Assembly (NCBI GenBank): GCA_910585715.1
Contig: CAJUEX010000013.1
Span: 801 to 64,800, forward strand
DNA length: 64,000 bases
Reading direction: 5' to 3'
Source of the DNA: an uncultured Lachnospiraceae bacterium
GTDB lineage: Bacteria > Bacillota > Clostridia > Lachnospirales > Lachnospiraceae
The notes beneath the pieces were generated by a model. That model was not told the origin of the DNA and ran no database searches. It saw nothing but the letters and a program-made list of their open reading frames with translations. How positions within the stretch are numbered: the stretch's first letter is position 1; every line of letters begins with the position of its first letter. Shown here in pieces: positions 28,273 through 36,577 of the stretch. The position numbers and the translations under genes were made by a program.

Positions 28273-29502
28273 TCACCTTCCCCCAACCTGGTGCCTTGAA
28301 AATCCCCTTCCCGTAAATACCATACACAAAACTGCCGCCGCCCCATAAGCGATACAGAGCATGGAAATATAGGAAAGCACCACATTCCCTATCTGACAAC
28401 TGTTATAAGTAGACAGCACTTCCTTAAAATCCGTAATGTACACAGGCCTTAAAAATAAAATCCAGTTTATCAGACGGCTGTTTTTGGAAAAAGGAATAAA
28501 TATAGTTCCAAGAAGCAACAGGAAATCTACCGCAAGCACTATCAACGGATTTTTGCTGCGGGCTGACAGCAGCATGGAAAAGGCACCTATAAAGGCTGCC
28601 ATCAAAAGCATTATCCCTAAATGTACTGTCACAGCTTGTAATACGGTCCAGTCGTAGGGAGAATTTTTGGAAAAAAGCTGTACCGGCAAATTGTAGCCTT
28701 CCACACCAAAAACTGCCATAAGGCTTCCTGCCGATATGACTGCGCAAAGCAGCGTATAGCCTACGGAAAAAAGGAAGACAGCAATCATCTTTGCACCTAT
28801 AAGCTTTGTCTTTCCAAACTTTGCCGTAAGAATCAGGGCGTCTGTCCGATTTTGGTACTCTCCCGCAAAAACAGGTGCGATACAGATACTGATGACAAAA
28901 AGCGAATAGAACAAAGCACCTATATTATTCCAGATAAAATTCCATGTTTCTGTATTTCCAAATAAAAAAGGTGTTTTTACTGTTTGTGCTTTCTCCATCC
29001 AGAACTGCTTTTCTTTTTCCGTATAATTTCCATAAGAGTAATCCATATTCAGACCGTTTCTTATTTTTTCCAGCCGCCTTTCATAAAAGCCGATTCCATT
29101 GGTTGTGTCAATAGAAGCTAAATCCTCCCATGCCCATTGTTCATTCCATTCTGAATAGTTGCTGCAGACTATTGAAAAAAGACGTGTATTGGGTGAAATC
29201 AGCCACCAGCCGTAGCCCTCTTCTCCCGGTTCCAGTTTCTTCAGCTGCTTTTGATAATCCGTTACGATTTCTGTAAGATACTCCTCGCTTAAAACCCCTG
29301 TCTGGGCTTTATCATATTCCGCCTGCATTTTTACTGCTTTCAGTCCTTTTACGATTGGCGCCTCTTTGTTCAACCGGAAGTCCTCGCTTTTTACACTATA
29401 ATAATTAACAAAAAGCAGTAAAAGCAATCCGAGAAACATGGCTGTCCTGTTTACTTTCTTTTTCCATATTTTTTTCAGTTCAAACCCGATTAAGCTTAAC
29501 AT
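28273..29502 (-). CDS. ABC-2 type transporter permease
   Basis: 409 aa. An N-terminal TM helix is followed by a large extracytoplasmic loop and 5 C-terminal TM helices. It overlaps the ATPase gene by 7 nt. Confidence 0.7.
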   Translation of the reverse strand: MLSLIGFELKKIWKKKVNRTAMFLGLLLLLFVNYYSVKSEDFRLNKEAPIVKGLKAVKMQAEYDKAQTGVLSEEYLTEIVTDYQKQLKKLEPGEEGYGWWLISPNTRLFSIVCSNYSEWNEQWAWEDLASIDTTNGIGFYERRLEKIRNGLNMDYSYGNYTEKEKQFWMEKAQTVKTPFLFGNTETWNFIWNNIGALFYSLFVISICIAPVFAGEYQNRTDALILTAKFGKTKLIGAKMIAVFLFSVGYTLLCAVISAGSLMAVFGVEGYNLPVQLFSKNSPYDWTVLQAVTVHLGIMLLMAAFIGAFSMLLSARSKNPLIVLAVDFLLLLGTIFIPFSKNSRLINWILFLRPVYITDFKEVLSTYNSCQIGNVVLSYISMLCIAYGAAAVLCMVFTGRGFSRHQVGGR

Positions 29503-30368
29503 TTTGTTCCCTCCTGAAAATAGTATAAATACAAATCCTCCAAAGTTCCCTTTACACTGATGCCATTTTCAAAGGGCTTTGTTTCACTAATGATGCGAAA
29601 GGTGGTTTTTCCGTCATTATGATGCATATTTGCCACGTTGAAATTTTTCACAATATGCTCTGTTTCTTTCTCATCACGGACGCATTCCCATACCTTTCCT
29701 TCCACATGCTGTTCCATTTCCCCTACGGTTCCCGTAAGCTTCAGCTGACCGTCCTTCATAAGAAGTATCCTGTCGGCAATGGCTTCCACATCCGATACGA
29801 TATGGGTGGACAACAGCACGATTTTATTTTTTCCAAAATCCGCTATCAGGTTCCGAAAGCGCACTCTCTCCTTGGGGTCAAGTCCTGCGGTAGGCTCATC
29901 CAGTATAAGAATCTTCGGGTCGTTTAACATTGCCTGGGCAATTCCCAGCCTCTGCTTCATTCCTCCGGAATAGGTTTTAATCCTCTTTTTCATCACCTGC
30001 AAAAGCCCTACCTGCTCCAAAAGCTGCCTTGTTTTGTCCTTTGCCTTTCCATAGGGAAGTCCTTTTAAGGAAGCCATGTACATCATAAACTCGCAAGCGG
30101 TAAAATCCGGATAATATCCGAAATCCTGCGGCAGATATCCCAACAGGTTCCGAAACTCCTCCCCCATCTCCATATTGTTTCTGCCATCCACCTTGATTTC
30201 TCCTCCTGTAGGCGTCAGGATGCCGCAAAGCATGCGCATAAATGTGGTTTTTCCGGCTCCGTTTGCTCCTAACAGCCCATAGACGCCTTCTCCCAGCTTT
30301 ATGGATATCCGGTCTACGGCAATTTTGTTTTTATATTGTTTCGTTACTCTGTCAATTGAAAGTTCCAT
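29496..30368 (-). CDS. ABC transporter ATP-binding protein
   Basis: The start is taken at MELSIDRVTKQYKNK; the track ORF starts 27 codons earlier. It has Walker A GANGAGKTT, signature YSGGMKQR and Walker B ILILDEPTAGLD. Confidence 0.9.
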   Translation of the reverse strand: MELSIDRVTKQYKNKIAVDRISIKLGEGVYGLLGANGAGKTTFMRMLCGILTPTGGEIKVDGRNNMEMGEEFRNLLGYLPQDFGYYPDFTACEFMMYMASLKGLPYGKAKDKTRQLLEQVGLLQVMKKRIKTYSGGMKQRLGIAQAMLNDPKILILDEPTAGLDPKERVRFRNLIADFGKNKIVLLSTHIVSDVEAIADRILLMKDGQLKLTGTVGEMEQHVEGKVWECVRDEKETEHIVKNFNVANMHHNDGKTTFRIISETKPFENGISVKGTLEDLYLYYFQEGTKC

Positions 30369-31084
30369 ACGTATTTCTCTCCGTTTCTGGTAATCATTAT
30401 TATTTGTCTTATCAAAAGCAGCAGGAATATGCCTGCCGCAAGCAGCCAACCGCCTATATACTCCATTTCATAAATAACCGGCTTCCTATAGGCGGCTGTT
30501 CCAAAGGCAATCATCACCCCGGCGCTGATGGCAAAGCACACAAAGGAAATATCCCCTGCCTTCATATAACAGACTGTAAGCAGCGTGAGAAAGCTGGTTA
30601 TCAGATAAGGTAGCAGCAGATAAATTCCCGCCTGCCAGTAAGTTACCTTATGCTCCATTGCCAGAAACGGCGCCAAAAGCAGAAATAAAAGCATATTCAT
30701 CATTCCCAGAAGATTGATTCGGATAAGAAGCACATTTCCCAGAGAAAATCTGGTGGACATTTCCAGTTCTTCCATCCGGTACTGCCTGGAACGGATAAGC
30801 TCCATGGAAGCAAACAGGGCAAACATGGGGGTAAGGGCGGAAATCATGCCGATTTCCTGTCTGTTTCCAAAAAGCAGCCTGTCCTTCTGGCATAACAGGA
30901 ACAACAGGAAGAAAATCCCCACGGAGCCTATCCAGGTTCTCTTTTTTATGAATTTTGCCTGTAACAGCCATAGCTGCCATTTGGGGATTCTCGGATAAGA
31001 CAGTGATTTTAAAAACTCTTCCCTTCTGTCCGGAAGAGGGGCTTCAAATGCTTGTAACAGCCCGTTTTTCAGCTTTTTATTCAT
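30344..31084 (-). CDS. Putative anti-sigma factor, polytopic membrane protein
   Basis: The start is taken at MNKKLKNGLLQAFEAP..., in an ATGA overlap with the sigma gene stop. A short cytoplasmic N-terminus is followed by about 6 TM helices. The function is inferred from its position after an ECF sigma gene. Confidence 0.5.
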   Translation of the reverse strand: MNKKLKNGLLQAFEAPLPDRREEFLKSLSYPRIPKWQLWLLQAKFIKKRTWIGSVGIFFLLFLLCQKDRLLFGNRQEIGMISALTPMFALFASMELIRSRQYRMEELEMSTRFSLGNVLLIRINLLGMMNMLLFLLLAPFLAMEHKVTYWQAGIYLLLPYLITSFLTLLTVCYMKAGDISFVCFAISAGVMIAFGTAAYRKPVIYEMEYIGGWLLAAGIFLLLLIRQIIMITRNGEKYVWNFQLTE

Positions 31085-31560
31085 AGAAAATCCTCCTTTT
31101 TTAAATATTTTTTTAATTCCTGACATGCTTCTTTTGTTTTGCGGTAAACAACAAACCTCGAGCAATTTGTTATCCTGCTGATTTCTTCTACCGACACTTG
31201 GTTTACATAACGAAGCAGCAACAGCTCCTGCTTCTCTTCCGTAAGATGGTTCAGCGCCTGCTTTAGTGCAATGGCAGAATCTAAATCCATTTCCTTTCCG
31301 GCATCTGTCTTTTGCAACAGCTTTCCCTCATCCGGAAGCTCTCTTATGCTGCTTTTCTGTTTTCTGAAATAGTCCACACACAGATTCTTTGCAATAGTAT
31401 ATAAATATGCCAAAGGCTTTCCCCGGCTGATATAGGTGTTTTGGCTGAAGTAGCGCAGGAAGGTTTCCTGGGTCAGGTCTTCTGCCAGATGGGGGTTTTG
31501 GACTTTAAAATAGCAGTATCTGTAGATTTTGTCGTATTGTTCTTCTATTTCCAATGGCAC
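31081..31560 (-). CDS. ECF-type RNA polymerase sigma-70 family factor
   Basis: 159 aa with a GTG start and AGGAGG upstream. Region 2 reads AEDLTQETFLRYF...YLYTIAKNLCVDYFRK. Region 4 reads LLLLRYVNQVSVEEISRITNCSRFVVYRKTKEACQELK. Confidence 0.85.
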   Translation of the reverse strand: MPLEIEEQYDKIYRYCYFKVQNPHLAEDLTQETFLRYFSQNTYISRGKPLAYLYTIAKNLCVDYFRKQKSSIRELPDEGKLLQKTDAGKEMDLDSAIALKQALNHLTEEKQELLLLRYVNQVSVEEISRITNCSRFVVYRKTKEACQELKKYLKKEDFL

Positions 31561-31611
31561 ATGGGCTTCCTCCTTTCTTTTGCGGGTGGAGTTTTTGCTG
31601 TTTTCCGCTAT

Positions 31612-31752
31612 CTATTTTCTAATATCTATTTTCTAATATCTGTTTTCTGCTTTTTGTTTTCTGCTTTTTGTTTTCTGCTTTTTGTTTTCTGCTTTTTGTT
31701 TTCTGCTTTTTGTTATTTGTTTTTTGTTTACTGCTTTTATTTTCTGATTTTA
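31612..31752. repeat. Tandem repeat tract of 14-bp units upstream of the ECF sigma gene
   Basis: ctattttctaatat occurs twice (31612-31639). gttttctgcttttt occurs as 5 perfect copies (31642-31711). Degenerate units gttatttgtttttt, gtttactgctttta and so on follow. Confidence 0.9.
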
Positions 31753-31917
31753 TTTTAGATTATTTTTCTTTCATTAGGTATAACGTTTTTTATGAGGATT
31801 ATGTGCGGAGAATTTTTGTGACAGATTGCTTTTGAATAAAATCATTTATAATATAAGATGATTTATGTATGGAATTGAGAAATTAAAAAAGCAGGTGGGA
31901 AGTATGATGAGAGAACA

Positions 31918-32064
31918 CAGGAGCCGCCATAACATTCTATATTCTTCCGAACACACTTATGCCCTGCGAAGACACAACAGCCCCAGCGCACCGGAATACG
32001 GTGCGTTAGGACTGGCGACTTTGCCAGGGTCCGGAAAAAATATGGAATGCTATGACGGCTCCTG
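31918..32064. repeat. Possible third, degenerate member of the palindromic element family (copy C)
   Basis: The outer 14-nt arms are caggagccgccata (31918-31931) and tatgacggctcctg (32051-32064), with one mismatch. An inner hairpin cgcaccg-gaata-cggtgcg is followed by ttag, resembling the central hairpin of copy B. The flank cacagga resembles the arm of copy A. Confidence 0.35.
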
Positions 32065-32097
32065 CTGGGTATTGAAAAAATTTTTCTATTATCTTAA

Positions 32098-32379
32098 TTA
32101 TTCAGCAAATAAATCTGCATGTGTTCCTGTATCAATCAATGTTAGTGTCAGTACATCATCTTCTATAAGATATATTAACAGCCAGTCGGGTTGTATATGA
32201 CACTCTCGATATCCTTTATAATTTCCAATCAGGGCATGATCCCTGTTTTTAGCTTCCAAAGGGATTTTATGCAACAATTTCTCTACAATATCCTGCAACA
32301 AAGAAATGTCCAGCCCTCGCTTTTTTGCAAGTTTCAATCCCTTTTTAAACTTTCCTGTAAGGATTAATTCATAATTCAT
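32098..32379 (-). CDS. yafQ: Type II toxin, YafQ/RelE family mRNA interferase
   Basis: 93 aa. FKKGLKLAKKRGLD...NRDHALIGNYKGYRECHIQPDWLLIY...DTGTHADLF matches the YafQ pattern. It overlaps the antitoxin gene by 4 nt. Confidence 0.8.
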   Translation of the reverse strand: MNYELILTGKFKKGLKLAKKRGLDISLLQDIVEKLLHKIPLEAKNRDHALIGNYKGYRECHIQPDWLLIYLIEDDVLTLTLIDTGTHADLFAE

Positions 32380-32648
32380 ATGTCCAAATCCTCCAATGCT
32401 TCTGAAAAGCTGCTATACCGTTTTGCATTGGGATCCTTGCTGAGCTGTTTTGCTTCCTCCATAGCTTCCATTACTTCTGGCTTATATCTGGGAATTTCCA
32501 CGCTAAAGGGAAGTCCGCCCCGCATAATGGATTGTCTCAAAAACATATTCACAGCGCTGGACATATCAATTCCAAGCTGGTTAAAAAGTTCTACTGCCTG
32601 TTTCTTAACATCCTCTTCTATTCTTATCTGAGTTTGCACAGTGGCCAT
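32376..32648 (-). CDS. dinJ: Type II antitoxin, DinJ/RelB family
   Basis: The start is taken at MATVQTQIRIEEDVKKQAVELFNQLGIDMSSAVNMFLRQ, a ribbon-helix-helix pattern typical of DinJ. Confidence 0.8.
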   Translation of the reverse strand: MATVQTQIRIEEDVKKQAVELFNQLGIDMSSAVNMFLRQSIMRGGLPFSVEIPRYKPEVMEAMEEAKQLSKDPNAKRYSSFSEALEDLDI

Positions 32649-32754
32649 TTCATCACCTTCTTTCTTTGTTTTCATTGTAAACCAAATTGTTTACGCTGTC
32701 AATTGTTCAAGTGTAAAAAGGCTAATTCTTACTTTCTATTTTATTCAATCCTGC

Positions 32755-34650
32755 CTATTTTATTTTAATTTTCACTTTTGACCTTTTGTTGCTTCCGTCC
32801 GTGGACCTTGCGGTGATGGTGACGTTTTTTCCTTTTCCGGCCTTTTTGGCGGTTATCTTTCCCTTACTGTTGACAGTGGCATATTTATTGTTGGAGCTTG
32901 TCCATTTCAAGGATTTATTGGCATTCTTTCCGGTAGTCCCTACGGTTGCCTTTATGGTCATGGTCTTTCCGGTCTTTAAGGTCTTCCCGGATGCCTTCAG
33001 CTTTATACTTTTGACAGCATGCTGCATAATCTTTATCTTTATCCGGGCTTTTTTTGCACTTCCATCCTGTGCCGCTGCGATAACGGTTACCTGCTTTCCA
33101 ATGCCTGCTTTCTTCAAGGTTATGGTGCCATTCTTGTCCACAACGGCATATTTTCCATTGCCGGTTTCCCATTTAACAGCATTGTTTGTGGCATTTTCCG
33201 GAGTGAGCTTCAGGGTCAGTTTTACTTTCTTTCCGGCAGCCAGCTTTCCGGAAGGTGCCTGAATGGAAAGCTTTTGCACCTTTATTTCATAAATCTTTAT
33301 GGAAGTCTCTGACACATCACTTATCCGATAGCCCCTGCATACTGCTACCGCCTTAATGGTCATGTTTCGGTCTATGGTGATTTCTCCCGTGTAACGGATA
33401 CTTGCCGTGGTTGGCATGGTTCCGTCCGTTGTATAGTATATGTCTGCCTCCTTAGTCCCACAGCTTAAGGCCAGCTTTGTATTTTTCACCACTGTGCTTC
33501 CTGAAGAAAGTGAGGCAGTGGGTATTGCCGCTTTTTCATCCCCTCCCACGCCACTGGTACCATCATTTGTCATAAACCAGTGGGCAGATGACAAATTGAT
33601 ATGCAGAGCCGGACAGATGCCTGGACCGGAAAGAATCCAAAGATTACCTTCTAATCTAACATCACCGCCAACCCTATACACATATGCTGCTGAATGACTG
33701 GGTTCTCCGCAGCCCGGAGAACCCAGCCACCAATAGCGATCTATCCCTCTGGCTTTGGAATAGTCACTGGCATCTATCCTTCTGGTCTTAGAGTTTATTT
33801 TATAATCACTGCAAAATCCATACGCTTCATTGGTCACTTCCCCTATAGACAGCAAATAGACGTTATCCTCTGTATCCTTTCCGCCTGCTGTGCCGTACTC
33901 CGGATTATCCTCATTCACTACCCTGTGGGCTACAATAGCTCTTTGTTCTTCGCTGTTAAAAGCAGCATTATAAAAATAGTCATTCAGCCAATTCCTTTTT
34001 GGGCTTTCTTCCCACTGATTTCTACTGCCATAACCGCAATCAATTGCTGTATCCGCTACTACAAACAGGGTATTCCCGTTATTTTCCAACACCTTCCATT
34101 TGATTCGTTCCCATTTAAAATAAAGGTATCCATTGTTAGCTACATCATCCTCATACTCCTCATAATCTGCCTCATATTCGCTAATCCTGCGGTACTTGCT
34201 TCCATTGACCCATACATCTTCTATTCCTGCCTCTATCTCTATTCCGCAAACAGGAATAGCCTTATCAATGGCTGCTCTCGTTGCCCCGTCTGTAACCTCG
34301 CTTTGGGGGTAACTTCCAAAGTATATAAAATCAAAGTCCGTATCATCTAAATCACCATTTTCTTTGTTGCAGTGGTGAACCGGGTTTGCCGGACCTGTTG
34401 TTGCCGCTCCCGCCTGTATTTCAGACTGACCTTGTCCTGAAACGGCAGCTTCAATAGTTTCTTCCGATTCCATTTCCTCACTTTCAGGAAATTGGTTTTC
34501 GCTGACTGTTGGAATTGCTTCTCCTGTCACTTCATTCCCGCTGACTGCCCCATTTGCAGCAAATGCTATATTCGTCTGGAACAACAGGAGGATTGACAAC
34601 AGACATGTCATGACAACTCTTCCTGAACTTTTCTGTCTTTTCCTGTTCAT
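32755..34650 (-). CDS. Secreted multidomain protein, paralog 1: signal peptide, acidic linker, DUF6273-like core, CHB_HEX_C-like domain, 2 x Big_2
   Basis: The start is taken at MNRKRQKSSGRVVMTCLLSILLLFQTNIAFA, with GGAG upstream. Core motifs are PANPVHHC, YFGSYPQSEVTD, YFKWERIKWKVL, WWLGSPG and ICPALHINLSS. ADIYYTTDGTMPT...MTIKAVAV is chitobiase C-terminal-like. Two lysine-rich Big_2 repeats end in TITARSTDGSNKRSKVKIKIK. Confidence 0.8.
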   Translation of the reverse strand: MNRKRQKSSGRVVMTCLLSILLLFQTNIAFAANGAVSGNEVTGEAIPTVSENQFPESEEMESEETIEAAVSGQGQSEIQAGAATTGPANPVHHCNKENGDLDDTDFDFIYFGSYPQSEVTDGATRAAIDKAIPVCGIEIEAGIEDVWVNGSKYRRISEYEADYEEYEDDVANNGYLYFKWERIKWKVLENNGNTLFVVADTAIDCGYGSRNQWEESPKRNWLNDYFYNAAFNSEEQRAIVAHRVVNEDNPEYGTAGGKDTEDNVYLLSIGEVTNEAYGFCSDYKINSKTRRIDASDYSKARGIDRYWWLGSPGCGEPSHSAAYVYRVGGDVRLEGNLWILSGPGICPALHINLSSAHWFMTNDGTSGVGGDEKAAIPTASLSSGSTVVKNTKLALSCGTKEADIYYTTDGTMPTTASIRYTGEITIDRNMTIKAVAVCRGYRISDVSETSIKIYEIKVQKLSIQAPSGKLAAGKKVKLTLKLTPENATNNAVKWETGNGKYAVVDKNGTITLKKAGIGKQVTVIAAAQDGSAKKARIKIKIMQHAVKSIKLKASGKTLKTGKTMTIKATVGTTGKNANKSLKWTSSNNKYATVNSKGKITAKKAGKGKNVTITARSTDGSNKRSKVKIKIK

Positions 34651-34714
34651 ATAATTTCTCCTTTTACAAAAAATACGATACATTTACGTTTCATGGAATA
34701 TGTATGCCTATATG

Positions 34715-34873
34715 CTATTTACTTTTCATATTACAGATTCCTTTTTCTATTGTAACTCCGCTCATGCCTGCTAATAATAAAAATAATCCTGTAGAGGACT
34801 TTGAAAAACTCATCCAAATAAAGCTTGCTATCAGCCCGGCAATTCCCACAATAAGTAATGCATATTTTTTCAT
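34715..34873 (-). CDS. Possible 52-aa two-TM small membrane protein between paralogs 2 and 1
   Basis: My translation gives MKKYALLIVGIAGLIASFIWMSFSKSSTGLFLLLAGMSGVTIEKGICNMKSK, with AGGAGA 6 nt upstream of the ATG. It is below the track length cut-off. Confidence 0.35.
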   Translation of the reverse strand: MKKYALLIVGIAGLIASFIWMSFSKSSTGLFLLLAGMSGVTIEKGICNMKSK

Positions 34874-34883
34874 ATCAGCTCTC

Positions 34884-36560
34884 CTATTCTATCCTAATTT
34901 TGACTTGTGCTTTTTTATTGCTGCCATCCGTGGACTTGGCGGTAATGGTAACCGTCTTTCCTTTTCCGGCCTTTTTGGCGGTTACCTTTCCCTTACTGTT
35001 GACAGTGGCATATTTCTTATTGGAGCTTGTCCATGTAAGGGACTTATTAGCGCTCTTTCCGGTAGTTTTCACCGTTGCTTTTATGGTCATGGTTTTTCCG
35101 GCTTTTAATTTTTTAGCAGGAGCCTTCAAGGTTATTTTTTTCACTGCGTGCTTCATGATTTTAAACTTACAGGAAGCTTTTACCTGACTGCCGTCTAAAG
35201 CTGATGCCGTAATGGTCACGTTCTTTCCGGCGCCTGCTTTTTTTATGGTTACTTTCCCCGTTTGGTCTACGGAAGCATATTGGGAATTGCTGCTTTGAAA
35301 GCTTACGGCTTTATTGTCAGCGTTTTCCGGAAATACCTGCAGGGTCAGGGTTACTTTTTTTCCTGCTGCAAGTTTTCCTGAGGGAGCTGTTAACGTCAGC
35401 TTCGTTACCTTTGTCTCTTTTGCTTTACCGGGATCATCTGACACCGTTGTTTCCTCTCCCCCATTTCCACTGGTACCGTCATCTGTCATGAACCAGACAT
35501 CAGAAGATAAATCAATATGCAAAGCCGGGCAGACACCTTTGTCCCTAAGTTCAACCTTTTTATCGATACACCACCCTTTTATTCCAACACACTCAACAGC
35601 ATCGTAATAGTAGCGAGAACGCAGCCAATAATCGCCGTTGTATCTGTAATCAGCCGAACTGCTTCTGGTTGCACCTCTGGCATTGGCATAATCACTCACT
35701 TTCGCTCTTCTGCTCATGGAATATACTGAGGTATCATCACAAAACCCATATTCCGGATTGGATACTTCTGTCTTGGATAATATATAAATATCATTACTTG
35801 TTGCCCATTCATTTTCAGTTATGACTGTCTGCATTACAATGGCACTTTGCTCCCTGTAATTAAAAGCCGAGCTGCAAAAGCTGTTGTTCAGCCAACTCCT
35901 GATTTCGCTGATCGCCCAACCCTTATAGCTGCTTTTGGTATCAAAAATTTTACAATCTATCGCCTTATCCGCTGTTACAAATAAGGTTCTCCCATTATTT
36001 TTCAGCACCTTCCACTTAATCCGTTCCCATTTAAAATAACGAAAGCCACTATGCTTCACCTCATCAAAATAAGCATCATTATTGGTGTCCGCTTTACTGA
36101 TTCTCCGGTACTTGATTCCGTTTACCCATACATCAATCCCTGTCTCTGCTGCTTTGGATGTGGTGATTGCCTTTTCAATGGCAGCTATAGTGGCGCTGTC
36201 TGTTACCTCACTTTGTGGATAGCTTCCAAAATATACATAGCTAAAATCCGTATAGTCTGAGCCGTCATCTTTTTTGGTACAGTGATGAACCGGATTTGCA
36301 GGACCCGCTGCCCCTGCCTGAATCTCAGTCAGACTTTCACCTGAAACAGCTTCTTCCCCTTCTAAGGGCTGATTTTCGCTGACTGTGCCAATTGCCTCCT
36401 CTCCTGCCGGCTGATTCCCGCTGATTGTTCCAATTGCCTCCTCTCCTGCCGGCTGATTCCCGCTGATTGTTCCAGCCGTGGCAAATGCCACATTTGCCTG
36501 AAACAACAAAAGGAGAGACAACAGAAGTGCGGTTATGTTTATGCTGCGTTTCTTATTCAT
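34884..36560 (-). CDS. Secreted multidomain protein, paralog 2: signal peptide, repeat linker, DUF6273-like core, 2 x Big_2
   Basis: 558 aa. The signal peptide is MNKKRSINITALLLSLLLLFQANVAFA. It has the same core motifs (PANPVHHC, YFKWERIKWKVL, YWLRS, VCPALHIDLSS) and the same Big_2 pair as paralog 1, but no CHB_HEX_C-like domain. Confidence 0.8.
   Translation of the reverse strand: MNKKRSINITALLLSLLLLFQANVAFATAGTISGNQPAGEEAIGTISGNQPAGEEAIGTVSENQPLEGEEAVSGESLTEIQAGAAGPANPVHHCTKKDDGSDYTDFSYVYFGSYPQSEVTDSATIAAIEKAITTSKAAETGIDVWVNGIKYRRISKADTNNDAYFDEVKHSGFRYFKWERIKWKVLKNNGRTLFVTADKAIDCKIFDTKSSYKGWAISEIRSWLNNSFCSSAFNYREQSAIVMQTVITENEWATSNDIYILSKTEVSNPEYGFCDDTSVYSMSRRAKVSDYANARGATRSSSADYRYNGDYWLRSRYYYDAVECVGIKGWCIDKKVELRDKGVCPALHIDLSSDVWFMTDDGTSGNGGEETTVSDDPGKAKETKVTKLTLTAPSGKLAAGKKVTLTLQVFPENADNKAVSFQSSNSQYASVDQTGKVTIKKAGAGKNVTITASALDGSQVKASCKFKIMKHAVKKITLKAPAKKLKAGKTMTIKATVKTTGKSANKSLTWTSSNKKYATVNSKGKVTAKKAGKGKTVTITAKSTDGSNKKAQVKIRIE
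36388..36471. repeat. Perfect 42-bp tandem duplication inside paralog 2
   Basis: 36388-36429 is identical to 36430-36471 (ccaattgcctcctctcctgccggctgattcccgctgattgtt). It encodes the duplicated peptide ISGNQPAGEEAIGT. Confidence 0.95.
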
Positions 36561-36577
36561 ACTCCCTATTCCTTTGC

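Noticed and set aside
30344-30449. Longer N-terminal extensions offered by the ORF track for several genes (ABC ATPase 30449, anti-sigma 31165, tatD 18428, KH 24809, dinJ 32675, paralog 1 34683, S1 52964, TetR 57654, Cys-rich protein 61118, RNase H-like 49353)
   Set aside because: In each case an internal Met is preceded by a good Shine-Dalgarno sequence. That Met coincides with the start of the conserved domain or signal peptide, or gives the typical 4-nt overlap with the upstream gene. The extensions have no recognisable features.
31612-31752. Possibility that the 14-bp tandem array is a CRISPR array
   Set aside because: The units are directly adjacent with no spacers, the unit length is far too short, and there are no cas genes in the window.
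31865-32200. Plus-strand ORF of 111 aa between the ECF promoter region and the toxin gene
   Set aside because: It has no ribosome-binding site. It overlaps the 3' end of yafQ in antisense and its body coincides with the hairpin-rich candidate element C. It is probably non-coding.
32786-33262. Hydrophobic plus-strand ORFs recurring at five loci (MLPSVDLAVMVTVFPFPAFLAV...) that could be mistaken for a membrane protein family
   Set aside because: They are the reverse-complement reading of the lysine-rich Big_2 repeats of the five paralogs: 32786, 34858, 36612, 39111 and 57784. The recurrence simply mirrors the paralogy on the minus strand.
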